Part shown: positions 25,703-39,085 of the stretch, in pieces
Layout: each line of letters begins with the position of its first letter
Position numbering within the stretch: position 1 is the first letter of the stretch
The notes under the pieces: model-generated
Told to the model about the DNA's origin: nothing
What the model saw: only the letters and a program-made list of their open reading frames with translations
The model's database searches: none
Made by a program: the position numbers and the translations under genes
Assembly (NCBI GenBank): GCA_905178155.1
Contig: CAJINV010000004.1
Span: 7,942,771 to 8,006,770 of the forward strand
Direction of reading: 5' to 3'
Length of the DNA stretch: 64,000 nucleotides
Source of the DNA: Amoebophrya sp. A120
Taxonomy: Eukaryota > Protista > Dinoflagellata

Positions 25703-28700
25703 ATGCTGCTCGCCCAGCACCGGTGTAGTGTGGCTTCTAGGCCATTGACGACGGTATGTTGTACGGCAGCGACGCCGGCAGTTGGTAGTAGGTCAAAAAT
25801 TACCACCAGCTACAGCAGCAACCACAGTAGAAGCAGCGTCCTAACGCCAACGTCACCACTGACTACAACGACCCAAAAACGGTCCTACCTGACCGGCGGC
25901 GACGAGCACGTGGATGTGCTTTGCATCGGCGGCGGGGTTATGTCCGCGTCAGTAGGACTGCTTTGCAAATTATTGGAACCCTCGTGGTATCAAATGTAAA
26001 AATGTCTGGGTCTGGAAGATTTCGGGATTTGTGATGCATATTTTGTATGATCCATGACGCACGTAATGCATGATCTAGCATCACAGATTTTTAGAGGGTT
26101 CCCTAGTGCCTATTCCGCATGAGAAATTCCCTCTCCGCGTAACACAAACTGGACTCCTGTTGCTGCTCATGCAATACAGATTCTTTTGGAATCCAAATTC
26201 AGCATCACAAGTTGCATTCTTCCAGACCCAGACATTTTTACATTTGATACGTGGAACGTGAAAATCATCGAGCGTTTAGAATCCCCGGCGATGGAATCTA
26301 GTGAAGCGTACAACAACGCAGGAACCTACGCATTGCAAACGTAAACGTGCTATTAAGTAGAAATCGCATGACAATTTTTTTTAAGAAGGAAACCGAATCT
26401 GTCATGCAGATTCAGGTAAGAAGGCAGAAGCACAAGCAGATCTGCCATGCAGGATTGCGATTGCGGCAAGTGTGATTACATTTTTGCAGTGGATAGGACC
26501 GGCCACGCCGCTTACTGCGAGCTAAACTACACGTCGGAGTCACAGTTAGAAACCGGAGAGCACCACGTGGAGATCGCCAAAGCGCTCGACATTTGCGAGA
26601 AATATGACAGTGCACAAGAACTCCCCCTCCCCTTCGATTTGTTATGCAAAGTACTTCTACCGATTGCGCCCTTTGTCTCTTGGCACTTTTTGCATGACAG
26701 ATTCTGGCAGCGCAAAGTAGACAAAGAGCACTGCAATCCGGCGTTGATTTGTCATGCAAAACCTGTATCATTACTGACACTTGCATTGCTGTTCATGCTA
26801 TACAAATTAGGGGGAGCAGGGGGAATTGTGCACGGTCATAAGAAATTCCACGTCTCCAAACAGTGGTGGGCGTATTTGACGTATGCAAGAAAAAAACTGT
26901 GTAAGTGTAAATTTGTGTTGCAGAACATGCAGCAGAGATACACCTGTCATGCCGGACAACCATGCGGCCCTCTTTTCATGTGTGTTTTCCCTTACAAGCC
27001 ACGCATGACAAGCTCTCTCTGTCATGCGGAGCAAACTTGTGATGCCATTCCTTCAAGAAAGTTACACTAACACAGTTTTTTTCTTGGATATGACGAAGGA
27101 AAGGATTTTAGACATCCCGGTCACGAATTGGTTAAACCACACACCACACCTCTCCTTCGTGCACGGAGATGCGAACGTCGCGATGTTAAAACGGCGGTAC
27201 GAGCGGCTGAAAAAAGAACCACTGTTTTCCTCGATGGAGTTTACGGAGGACGAGAAAACCATCGCGGAATGGGCACCTTTGATCATGGACGGCAGACAAT
27301 CCGGGGCGGAGAAGCTGGCGTGTACACGGGTGCAGATGGGAACTGATAACGACTGGGGAGCATTAACAGGAGGTATTAAGTTGTTGGACTCTTTTCATGA
27401 TCAAAATTCTTGATGTGGTTATGCAGACTTTAGTAGTAGACGTCAGAATTTTTTAATATATATATAATTGTCATGCTATTGCTAATGTATAACGCAGTGT
27501 AGTTCTGTATCTGTTTCCCACCAACAACTCCTTCGAGGTTTGATTGCGGCGTTTGAGCGCGCGGGGGGCACCTTCGTCGGCAACTGGGAGGCGGACAAAC
27601 TGCGTCAGAACAGCGACGGCACCTGGACGGTGCACCAAAAGTCAACCTACACGCAGTCAGGCTTGCCAGACTTGACGGCGACGGGCTTGCCGGATCCGTT
27701 CGGTTTCGGCAGCAAAGCGGAGGTGAATACTCGGGCGAACTTTGTTTTCGTGGGGGCAGGTATTTATGAAGTACTTACATACTTCACTAAAGTTCTTATG
27801 TGTTTGTTGTAGTTCTTGTTTGCATACAGTTCTAGACCACGAGTAGCGCTTTGCGTATTTACTTATTACGTCGTTCTAGTGAGCCAGCATTGGCGTTGAT
27901 TTTATCGTTTATTGAACCAGACGAGGATCTCCGCTTCCACATGAACAAATGAACAAGACGACATGACCAACGCATTCTACTCACTGCCAAACCACAACTC
28001 AAGGTGGCGCCTCGCTCCAGCTGCTGCAAAAAGCGAAGATTCCGGAAATCGCGGGGTACGGTGGTTTATGAATTGCAAAAGTATCGTACTAGTAGTAATT
28101 CATTGCATTACAAATTTCCTCAGCATGAGAAAGAAAATTTGTAGTGCGGATATACCTGAAGAAAAAGTTTTGTAATGCATTATTGCAATACTACGGGTGC
28201 GACACTTTTGCAGAGCATATGGGTTCCCCGTTTCCGGGCAGTTTTTCGTCTGCCGCAAACCGGAGGTGGTGTGCCGGCACTCGGTGAAGTGTTACGGCAA
28301 GGCGGCGGTCGGGTCTCCCCCGATGTCGGTCCCGCATTTGGACCGGAGGTACATTCTATCCACTGCAAATATCGATCTGGGTCTGGAAACTTGTGATGCT
28401 AATTTGCGAATGTTGGGACGACACCGCAATGCGCAGTCAAGCATGACAAAATTTTTTGAGCTCTTATGTGTTGTGTTTTCTGCATGACAAGCTGGGGGTT
28501 TGCATGACAGGCGAGAAGCTATGGTGTTCCTGCTTTTCTTGCAAGGCAGATTCATGAGTCATGCGGAACTACACGCATGACAATCTTGCACTCTAGTACT
28601 TCCAGACCAAAGCGTATTTGCAATGCATACATCCGGGGGGAGGAGCTTCTCCTCTTCGGCCCCTACGCCGGGTTTTCCCCGAATTTTTTGAAGCACGGAT

Positions 28701-30225
28701 CGTATCAAATGCAAATATGTCATCTGGGTCAGTAGCTGCAATGCGAACTTGTGATGCAAGTTGCAGCTCACAAAAAAATCTGCCTTGCGTCACTCGTCGA
28801 AAAGATGCGCATGATCATGTCTGGCCGTGTTGAGAGGTCGTGGTTTCTCATGCAGAATAGGCAACATGATCACCAAGGGGCTACAGAACTACTGCCTGTG
28901 ATGCTGAGCCTCCAAGTCCAGATGAAAAAAGTTTGGAAAAACTGCATGACAAATCGACCCAGACATGTTTGCAGTGGATAGGTCACCGCTGGATTTGATC
29001 TCCACAGTGAACCCGTTTAACGTCATCCCCATGGTCGCGGCCGGCGGGCAGAACATCGACTTGAGTGTCTACCTGGCGAAAGAATTAGCGTCCACGAAGG
29101 CGGAACGGATGCAAGTTTTGCGGGAATTCTTTCCAAACGCACAGGATGAGGACTGGTCGCAAATTACGGCGGGACAGAGGGTATAATTCTCGGTTTCTTC
29201 GTTCTTAACTGGGTTGAAGCAATTGCTTCATTTCATGAGAAACACAAACAAGTTGCTCTTCTAATTCAATTTTGCAGGAGCACACAACACATTCAGCAAA
29301 CGACCACTCTCGTCTCAGGTGCAAATCATGAAGGAAGACAAGGCGAAAGTCGGCATCATCCAGTTTGGCACCGAGATCATCCAGAAAGCAGACCGCACCT
29401 ATCCTGTGCAAAAGTATCGTGCTCGTATTGCAATCATTTGTAATACAAATCTTTTTCTTAAGGTAAATTCGCATTACAAATTAAAATTTCTCATGCTGAG
29501 GAAATTTGTGATGCATTTATACGAGTACGATACTTTTGCAGTTCATAGCACCATCAGCGGCTTGATGGGCGCGAGTCCGGGGGCGAGCGTCTCCGTGCAA
29601 ATCGCCTTGGACGTGGTGGAGAAAGCGTGGCCGGATTTCGTGCAGGGGAAATGGAAAAACAAGTTGGAGCAGATGATTCCCGGGTATAAAAAACAGCTGA
29701 ACGAAATATGACAGGGCACAACTTCCCCTCTCCCTCATTTGTCATGCAAAATCCCAAACTTAGTCTGTGCCTCTTGGCACTGTTTGCATGACAAGTTCTG
29801 GTAGCCCAAACAGTACTTACTACATGAGGTACATGAATTTGTCATGCACAGGCTCCATGTGTGTTGGTGTTTGTATTGCTGTTCATGCAAAAATAGAAAT
29901 GAGGGGGAGGGGGAGTTGTGCACTCTCATACGAAAACAAGGATTTGTACAAAGAGGTGGCCTTGAAGGACAAAGCCGGGTTATGCAAGAAAAAAACTGTG
30001 TAGGTGTATACTCTGTGATGCTGAAAATGCAAAACTGTTAGACTTGTCATGCTGGACGTGCGTCGTAGGCTACTTTCATACGTGTTTCCACGTGCTAGCT
30101 GCGCATGACAGGTTTTCCCTGTAATCGCAAAACGCATTTGTGATGCTGCTCTTCCTACAAAGTTACACTTAAACAGTTTTTTTCCTGGATACGGGTCGCA
30201 TTCTGTGTTGGGGATTCCGCATTAG
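25703..30225 (+). CDS. mqo: Malate:quinone oxidoreductase with an N-terminal presequence-like extension
   Basis: Spliced product contains [13 protein letters not shown] (FAD-binding), [61 protein letters not shown] and [12 protein letters not shown]. It has 10 elements plus 3 GT-AG introns (27373-27537, 27760-28003, 29181-29318). Confidence 0.95.
25988..26249. mobile_element. Intronic TIR element A
   Basis: DR CGTGG. Confidence 0.93.
26327..26495. mobile_element. Degenerate element, B-like (TAC start)
   Basis: DR GAACC/GGACC; splits NNAGT|GHAA. Confidence 0.85.
26603..26840. mobile_element. Intronic TIR element E
   Basis: DR AGAAA. Confidence 0.92.
26882..27090. mobile_element. Intronic TIR element I
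   Basis: DR TGACG. Confidence 0.92.
28067..28219. mobile_element. Intronic TIR element B
   Basis: DR TGGTT/TGGGT. Confidence 0.9.
28357..28629. mobile_element. Intronic TIR element A
   Basis: DR CATTC/CATCC. Confidence 0.9.
28703..28980. mobile_element. Intronic TIR element A
   Basis: DR GATCG/GGTCA. Confidence 0.88.
29400..29547. mobile_element. Intronic TIR element B
   Basis: DR GCACC. Confidence 0.93.
29707..29930. mobile_element. Intronic TIR element E
   Basis: DR CGAAA. Confidence 0.92.
29981..30191. mobile_element. Intronic TIR element I
   Basis: DR CGGGT. Confidence 0.92.
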
Positions 30226-30949
30226 AGGGATGGAGAAATAGTAACGGGAGGGGGTGGTACTAATATGTGCGTGAAAGATTTTGAGGAGGTTGAGGTTCCT
30301 TGATCACTACAAGCAAGAAATAAATCCTTTTACTATGGTATGCAATACGTTTATGACAATACTTGATGTTCCCTTCGTTTTTAATAATTCTGCAACCCGT
30401 TCGGAATAGTATGCGAAAATATCGGCACCCCTTTTTTAATCCGAACAAGGTGTAGATGAACTGAGTGAAGCAAATCATCGTGCTTTTTACTTTTTACTAT
30501 GGACAACAACGCCAGAAATTAGTTCTTCGCAGACGCATAAGGAATTTGGATAGGACGTCTCTAGTGCTACATGATGACAGAAAAAATTGTTTCAACATTC
30601 GTACGACGGTAACTAGTTTGGACAGGTTCGCTAAGGTTGAGATAAGGTATACCGGTATTAAACAGAAGCGGCTGAAGTACTATGACATCACGACATCGCT
30701 AATATCAGATATAGGAATAATCACGCAGAGCTTGGACAGCGGACGGGGAGGACAGAATTTATCACGGCTTTGGATGGAGAAGGAAGGAACGCTGTCGTAT
30801 GGGCTTTATTGTTGTAAATGCTAAGAGGAAATGATCAGAAGTGGAAATCAGAGCGAAAACGCAGATGAAGTAGATATTACAGAAAAGAAATCGCATATTT
30901 TGGAAGTCGGCGTGTAATAAGTGGGTGGCGGAGTCTCGTTTGTTCACGA

Positions 30950-33900
30950 AAATCTTTTTTTCGAGTGGTGGCGCCTTTTCACATTCACAACAATTCACCA
31001 TGTGTAATTCGAGAAGGCAGTTCGAGCGATGTAGGGGACTGGAGGTGAGAGCTGTGGAATTAGCCGCCCAAAGCGCGGGCACCGTTCTAGGTGCTGGGCG
31101 TGGCGCCCTTGGTGCAGTATGCCGGCGAGTTGCTCCGCGCACCCCTTGTGCGCTGCTGCGGTGCTGAAGACGAGGACCGAGAGGCGCGGGTGAGTCCTGC
31201 TCCTGAAGAAGCTCTCGGCGTGGAACTGTTCGGCTGGGCCCGAAGGTGTTGAGGCGGTGCTCAAGAGATCGCTTGGGCGGCGGGCATTCCGTTTCTAATG
31301 TATGACCAGCGGGCGTGGGCCGACTCCGTCGCCCGGCGCCGAGAACTCGCGCAGCGCTCACTCTGCGCGCCAGGCGCAGCCCTGCGGTCTTTGCCGCGCC
31401 ACCGTCCGCTGCGCCGATCAATATCGACCGCGGCAGCCCGCCCAGGGCCCCGCAGGCAGTGTCTAGCCAGCTTTGTGTGCGCCGCCGTTCTCCTTATCCG
31501 CTGGGCCGTCCGCGAAAGCCAGGCGGACGGGCTTGGCGATGCGCGCGAGAGCTCTACTCCGCCAGACTTCGACCAGGGGTGTGTGGGTAGCGCCCCTTAC
31601 GCGCCTGCGACGGCTCGTCGGCGGGGCACCGTACTTACACCCTCGCCCCAGCCTTTTTTACCTGTAGAGGAGGAGGTTGTCCTCGCTGCGTGGCTCGAAT
31701 GGTAATAGAAAGACGTGTATACAGACAAACCCGTGTTGCGAGCCATCCCGCCACGGTATCTATTGTTAGCGCCCCCGCATAGGTGTTGCTTCTGTTCGAA
31801 GCAGCTGCCACACGACGAGCGAGTGTCTCTCTCAGGGTCAGTGGAGTGTAGGCAGTGCAAATGAGAGGAGAAGTGTGTAGTTACAATAACGGATGAGTGA
31901 TAAGCCAAATGCTATGTGGTCTCTCTTTTGAACACTTCCGCCGAGAGTACCTGAACTTTGTGATGAACACCTCCTGAACAAACTACCTTTTTTTTTATCT
32001 AGCAGAATTTTCGTATGTGACGGGCCCCGGGCTGAGGATGTTTTTACTCTTGGTGCCGTGTCGCTCTGCTGCCGGGTGTGCCGCCAGTCCTTTTCCGCGG
32101 CATAGAGCTCGGCGCGGACGCACGGGGTCGCCGGCTCCGCATCCCGCCAACATCCTCATGGCGGGGACGTTCGGGCGGCGAGCCAACCGGCAGGGATGGG
32201 GGATCGGAGAGAGGCGCTGGAGATTCCAGACAGGCGCCGGAGATCCCCGCCCGCACGCTGCCCGGTGGGGCTGTGATGGTGGTCGCGCGGCGCCTACATA
32301 CTTACCAGCGCGCCGGCCTGCCGCGCGCCGCGTTTGCAACGCACCTGCCCGGGCATGTTCCGCGGGCGACAGGGCCCCGGCCCGCCTGGGCGGCGGCTTT
32401 AGTCTTCGCCAGTGCCCCCCCGCTGCCGTCAAGGGGGCTAGAACCAAGGTGCGCGGCGCCCCCCTTGCGGCCCGCGCGAATTTCTTCCCGAAGGGCGGGC
32501 GGCTTTTCCAGAAGAATATTTCTCGTCGGCAGGCCGGCGTAGGGTGGCTCGCAGGCAGGCCGGCCCCTGTCCGAGCCATTTTTCTTGCCCGCGCCGTGTG
32601 TCTGCTTTGGATGGTGCCTGCGCAACTTCGCTGCCGTGCCTGCCCCGGTCGTGGCTGAAAGATTGCGGCGAGCAGTCTGCGTGAGCAGCCGCGTGGCCGT
32701 GTAATTGCAGGTTGTTTCTGGCCAGGGTTGGTTGATTATTTGCTGTGCGCCAGTGTCCGCAAGGACGCGAACTTCGCACAAGTGGAGTTCGGTTGCGGAA
32801 AAAAAGATGAGACTAAAGAGCAGGAATGCGGAGAGCGAAAGCGATCTCCATCAGGTACTATCAGGAAGTGGTGCTGACGAGGAGGGCCTGTGGCGATTGC
32901 TGTTCTAAAAATTCAAGAGGACATGAGGGCCAGGAAAGCATCCTGTTGAGTGCTCTATCGAGTGTGAGAGCAACGCTCAGACCTATTCCAGGAGTCCCAA
33001 ATCTCCCATAAAAAATAGGTGTTTCGGACTAGTGAGCATCCTCCACCAGGAAGGGAGTTCATGGCGCCTCGTTCTGTCTGGATCGTTGCAGCTGGAGACG
33101 TGATTCAATGGGGCGGAGTCAAATCGCTTCTGGCCGGAGCCCTAGTAGGCAGCCCGGCGCCCGTCGGTGTCGGCTCTTCTTGCGCGCAAAGCGCCCAGCC
33201 CGGCTGTCCCCGTAACGCGACGGACGCCAGAAGGGTCCCTCGGCGCGCGTGTGCGTCTGCTCGGGAAAAAGACGCGAGGCTGCGCGGCGCGGGCGGGGCT
33301 GCGCAATCTCGGGCGGGACTGCGCGACCCTGCCGCAACGGGGCGGGCGACTTTCGCCACGGTCAGGAAGTGCACGCCGGAGGGCGTGTGGCTCAGCCCTT
33401 TGAGCGAAAATTTTAGGGCTGAAGAGCTTCGGGTCGTGCCAGACAGCCGGACCAAAAAAAAAGAAGGGCGGCGCGCCGGCTGCGCTGGCCCGAGGCTAGC
33501 CGCGGGCGGACTCCGCCAGCTCCGGGCGCGCCGTACTTGTAGCCCTATGGCCAAGGCGGTGGCCCCGCAATGTTGGCGGGGCTGCCGGCCGCCGCCGGTG
33601 TTTCTGGCTGGCCTCTCTGGTAGCTACGCCGCCCGCCGTTCATCAGGGCAACGCACGCGAGGGCGCCCCCAGCGCGGCCGGCGCGCCGGTCCCCAAGGAT
33701 GCCCGCAAGCGTGCGTGCCGGGACGGCGCATTTTATTCCAGGAGCGGCAGTGGGGTTGCGAGCTTTTCGCCCGTTCTTTTTGCGCACTTCACGCCTGATG
33801 TGCTCTTCCTGTATTGCCTTCTGCGCTGGCCCTGGCGCACAGGCCATGTCGGTAATGGCAGCCGCGGCCGGGTAGCCTTTATTTTGTGTGCCGGCCGCGG

Positions 33901-33950
33901 CCACGTGATCCGCCGTTCGTGACTGTTACTGGCCAGGCTTACGACCTTGC
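30950..33950 (-). mobile_element. GC-rich decayed element, possibly a DIRS-like relic
   Basis: GC jump with no clean gene; weak tyrosine-recombinase-like (..GRW), RNase H-like and methyltransferase-like fragments seen by eye only. Confidence 0.25.
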
Positions 33951-34164
33951 TCACGCACATTATTGCCAGCATACACTGCTGTTGCGTTAGTGCGTTCCTG
34001 AGGCTGCGATTACACGCCTTTTCCGAAACTACAGGCCGTGTTCGCCAGAGAGAAAACAAACAAGCATGAGATCCAAGAACGAGAGAGGACAAAGCGAACA
34101 CCGGCCACCAAAACCGACGGGCCCAAACACTTCGTCCTCCCCCCACCGACAGATCAACACAAAA

Positions 34165-34830
34165 ATGCCGTGGTGGGTGCAGCTACGCCCCGCGCAGCTG
34201 GTTCTCGTCTTCTTTTCTTCTGCTACATGGGATTGGGGGTTTCCCACTACACGAGCCCTCACTACTGCTAGGAAATTTCTCCTCCACCGCACTACATCTT
34301 CGACGAGCAAAAACACTTCCCCGTCCTGCGACCACCTTTCGGGGACGAAGCGGGCTATTTGCGAAGAGGCCAGTCAGTCCTTCAGCCTCCAATGCCAAGC
34401 TGCCTGCGATCAGGACATCGGCGCTGCATTCGCGACCCCAATCTCCGCGGTAAATTGCCATGACGAATGCCTCCGAGCATTGAAAGCGGCATTGGACGAC
34501 GCCGCGCCCTGGACGGAGGCGAAGAACGCGACATTACACTACATGGAAAACGCGTTGCAGCCACGGTATGAGAAGCTAGAGGGGCAATTTACCCTCAACC
34601 GCGAACAGGCGAATTGGGACAAGAAAATGCTGGCGATTGAGGAGGACTCCGAGCTGTTTTGGAAACTCGTCTGCGCGGATACCAGCAAGTGGAAGCCGTT
34701 GGTCTGTGGTGGGGGAAGAAATCAAACGGTGGTGAACGGGACTGGAAACGCGACGGCGATTGCAAAACCTGTGGCGATGAAAGCTACAACCCGTGCTGCT
34801 GATAAAGCAGGCTTTCTTGCACTGAAGTAG
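34165..34830 (+). CDS. Hypothetical secreted Cys-containing protein, intronless
   Basis: ORF from ATG 34165 with signal-like QLVLVFFSSA and several Cys. Confidence 0.6.
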   Translation: MPWWVQLRPAQLVLVFFSSATWDWGFPTTRALTTARKFLLHRTTSSTSKNTSPSCDHLSGTKRAICEEASQSFSLQCQAACDQDIGAAFATPISAVNCHDECLRALKAALDDAAPWTEAKNATLHYMENALQPRYEKLEGQFTLNREQANWDKKMLAIEEDSELFWKLVCADTSKWKPLVCGGGRNQTVVNGTGNATAIAKPVAMKATTRAADKAGFLALK

Positions 34831-35649
34831 CAGGAGCGAACTGTAGTTTCAAGGCGGCCATGATGTCTCATTTGGGCGATCAATCGAACAAAGTGTGAGG
34901 TCCATATTGTTTTTTCCCAGAATATTTCAGAAAACGTAAATACTTCATGCATCGTTGGGTGAGTACAAACCTACATGGAGAAACAGCAACTTACTGTCGT
35001 GCACTGAAATTATTACATGCCGGAACCGGATCGTGCTACTGCTAGGATCATTGAAATTATCCCTGACTGGTATCACTCAGATCAAATCCAAATTTCTATG
35101 GAAGATCACGAAGATCCATCAGTGCATCGGTAGTTCAAAACCAAATTACAATCTTGATCCCTGAGCAGGACGTCAGCTACAAATTTTTTAGCCTTTCAGT
35201 TTCATCAGAAAAGATGGATCCGGAAATCTCGCCCTGCGTCGGTTCTACTCATTCATTCGCAACTCTGCAAACCCGACTTTCTTTTTTCTTCCCGAATGCA
35301 GCAGCAAGAAACTACACCTGAAACTGGCTGTCGAACTGAAGCTCGTTAGTACATCAACATCGATACTTTTCTAAGGAGCATAATTTCAAGTAGACTCATT
35401 AAAGACCATTCTTCTGAAAAACTAACACAAGCGCATAGTATTAAAGAACTTTTTTCCACATTTAAGTACATTGTACATACCGAATAAACACGACATACGA
35501 AACTAGATATCAAGAACGTTTTGCCATTTACTTAATCGGGTCATTTATCTGTACAGCTCCTAGAAAAATATATAACACAGACAAGAATTGCGTGACATCA
35601 ATAATTTTCTTAATTTCAACGACATTTTTCCTCAGCATAGTTCAACAAA

Positions 35650-38600
35650 ATGCGACATTTTTTCTCCTCCCAGCTGAGCAAGATCTTGCTCGTGGCCACC
35701 ACATTTCAGCCCTTCCATGTCGCCTTCGCCACCGACCGTTCGTGCGGCTGCGTGGACATTCCCACCGTCCAAGATGCCATTTACCCGGACCGCTGGCTGA
35801 GCGAGAAGCTCGAGCTTTTGCAGAAGCATCAGTATGACGAACAAAACCCAATCCAAGTCGGGCTCTTCGCGAAAGGCAAAGGACAAGGAGCGCAAGGCGA
35901 CGAAGCGACGAAAATCCATAATGACTTAATCCGGAAAGATGCCGAAAAGAGTAACGAAACGAGCACCAAGTGGAGCGACAGATTCACGCTAGCTCTGAAC
36001 ATCAATCTTCTCTCCGACCCGTTTCAAGAACAACCTGACGCCAGTTTTTCTGGTAGTGGAACAGAGGTCTTCCCCTGGAGATCGGAATTCATGTTCCTCG
36101 AAGACGTCACGGAGATGTACCAAAGGTTGTACAGGCGCCCGGTCGTGATATCACAGGAGGAGCCACTGGGCGGGTTCGAAGACGAGGAGAATAACGCTGT
36201 TTATAATTCAAGTGGTCCTCCTTCTTTCATCGCACCTGGGACTCTTACCCCGCTTCAGACGTTCGACCCTGAACCGTTCGACAAGCAGCTGGAAAGCGAC
36301 GCCGAGGCTCTTCTGACCCGGCTGGACCGGAGTAAAGCTATCTATATCAAGTGCAAAAATGTCTGGGTCTGGAAGGTTAGAACTTGTCATTCTAAATCTG
36401 AATAATGCAAAAATCTGTGTTGCGTGAGTGCCAAAAGCTGTCCGCTTTTGACCAAGTTGAGAGGGAGTTTCTCATGCAGGAAAGGCATGATAGAGACCTC
36501 AAAAAATCTGTCATGCTGGGTCTCGCATTCCCGACCTCATGGGTCATGAAAAAGCTGCATGACAGATCTTGCATTCTTCCAGGCCCAGACATTTTTGCAT
36601 TTGATAATCTACCCCGCGAGGCACTCCCGTTTTCCGAGACGGCCGCGGGTTTTGCTAGCAATCACGAGGGGGGAACAGGTGGTTGGTATGATCTTGTTGG
36701 AGTACCGACGAGATCTGTTGACAGACCACCAACGCAACCTTTCTGGCCGCGCGTGCGGGAGATACTAGCAGGGTCGATACAGATTTCGGGGCAACCGCCG
36801 GCAGCAGCGGGGGATCCTCTGCGGCCCAGCGGCAGCGGAGACGCTCCTCTACCTCCAGGACGCGTTCTTCGGCGGCGGCGCAACATATGACAATGCACAA
36901 CTCCCCCTCCCCCTCATTTGTCATGCAAAATACCAAATCCGTCCTTTTCTCTTTGGCACTTCTTGCATGACAGGTTTCGGAAAGCGAAACAGCACTAGAA
37001 TCGGTCGCGAATTTGTCATGCAGAAGTTGCATTAATGCCCGCAGTTGTGTTGCTGCTTATGCCCTTCAAATGAGGGGAACGGGGAGTTGTGCACTCTCAT
37101 ACAAACGGGCCGTGCCTCACAGGCGGGAGAAGCACCAGCGTCTTCGTCAACCGAAATCGTACAGCGAGGAAGTAGTTCTCGTCGGGGAGGGCGCAGCAGA
37201 AACAGCAGGTCGCGCCGTCGTTCTCAGAGCCCTCCAGCACGGAGAAATATTAATTACCCTGCTTCTAATTCCTACATGGGCGACAACGCGGACGACGAAA
37301 TCGCAGGCATGCTCCTCCATGGAGGAGCAGCGTCTTTGCCGTTTTCTGCCGAAGTGTTGGATGGGCTTGCACATTATCGTGATACGAGCTCCAGAAGCCG
37401 CAGCAGCTCGGCGGACGCCGCCGCGGGAAGTAGATTGCCAGTCGTCGCAACGAGAGGAGCTCAAAATCAAACCGGCCGATCATTCCACGGACACTTCGGA
37501 CCCGCGACGGCTGTGGAAGCGGCAGACTACCTCGACCGTGATGCGCAGGACCACGAGCAATTCCCGATCGTTCCATACCAACACGGGCAACAACAGCAGC
37601 AGCTTGCGCTGGCTCCCGTAAGTGCAACAGCCAGCCAATCTTCTACCGACGCGTGGCTTCGCCGTGTTCCCGTCGCCCCCTGGGACCCGACCAGCCCAAT
37701 TCCCGCGATCGAGCAGCTCCGTGAGATGCAACAGGGGTTAAGACAACTCCCAAATGTCCACTCCGAGGAATTCGTCGAGCGGTTTTTCACCCAACTTGCG
37801 GAAGAAGGTAGACTTTCCGACGAGTTGTTGATCAACCTCGAGGCGTTCCGCCGCGCCATGCGTTTAACGGCGGTCGTGGTGCAGGAGCAGGGCAGACAGT
37901 TGTTAGAAGCGGGCGCGAACGTGGAACAGGCGCGAGCACACATCGAGGCGGGCGTGGAGATTTTAGAGCGGATTGACCAAATGGATCAAGGCGTCCATAA
38001 CTTCACGCAGGGAGTTACCAGTGGCGCTCTAGCGGTGAACGATGATAGCCTGTGGGACATGCTGCCGGAGAGCGTGAAGTTCGGTTGCAAGGTGGTCGGC
38101 GGCAGTGTTGTCGTCGTCGCGGTCATCATTTTTGCGGACAAAGTGGTCCCTTTTATCCTCTGGACGGGACACGGAGGGGCCGCGGCCGTTGGCGCGGTTG
38201 GGGCGATTTTTGTGAAGGTGAAGACGCTTCTTGGGTCGTGGCTAGCGTGGATCAGTGGGCACAACTGGCTGGCGGTATTTTTGAGTTGTGGTTTATTGGG
38301 TGGTTATACTTGAGTGGCGTGTCCCTGTCGTGCTAGTTCCATGTACGTGTAGCTTCATGTGCGATAGTTAAAAGATTTGCCTCCCGGTGCCTTTCGCATA
38401 ACAAACAGAATTCCCGTACAACCAGCTGCGTTTAGATCATAAAACTTTTGTACAATATTTTTCGAACAATGAATCCCAGGTCGCTTCCGCCGATCCTGTG
38501 ATCAGGACCGCCTCCGTCGGGAGTATGAGCGGTGCCATGATAGGCTTTGGCGCCGGAACACTCGCGCTTTCGTCCGAGCAAGAGAGGGATAATAACCGAG

Positions 38601-39085
38601 CGTTGCTGGGGAGAGGACGCGGCTCCCCATCTGCTTCGAAGAATGGCGGAGAATCTACTCCCAGTGCCGCCGTCGGGTATGATTCCGGCGCTGCGTCCTC
38701 CTCCTCCACCTCACAGGAGCTGCCACGTAGTAGTATCCAGATCGCATACGCTACGAACGAGTACGAGTTAGAACTGATGCAACGGCTCGCACACGGTGGT
38801 TCGCTGAAGCCCGCGGACCTTGACGCAGACGGCAGTCTCCGGGGTAGGCAGCTGCATCAGCAATGGCTGCTCGACCAGCTCCCGAGGTACACGATCACGG
38901 CGGCCGGGGGGGTTGTTGGGGTTGGAAATATTAACCCCGCTACGACCGGCGATGAAGACGAAATTCCTATAGAGTACACTACCGGTTCAACACCAGCAAG
39001 TGGGAGTGGTGCTGCTACCACGGAAGATCCACCGAGCGCAGCCGAAGACATTGACATGTATCATCTCGGCACAATGTTCCACTAG
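35650..39085 (+). CDS. Hypothetical membrane protein (signal-like N-terminus, C-terminal hydrophobic segments)
   Basis: ORFs join via element 36345-36606, GT-AG intron 36679-36724, element 36886-37101 and an inferred GT-AG intron 38275-38479. Without the last intron the gene would stop at 38313. Confidence 0.55.
36345..36606. mobile_element. Intronic TIR element A
   Basis: DR ATCTA. Confidence 0.92.
36886..37101. mobile_element. Intronic TIR element E
   Basis: DR CAACA/CAAAC. Confidence 0.88.

Noticed and set aside
25703-30225. Bacterial contamination suggested by a bacterial-type mqo
   Set aside because: The gene carries GT-AG introns and the same elements as the flanking eukaryotic genes.
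31995-33904. Long overlapping Arg/Ala/Gly/Pro-rich ORFs on both strands
   Set aside because: Expected from high GC alone; no convincing protein signature.
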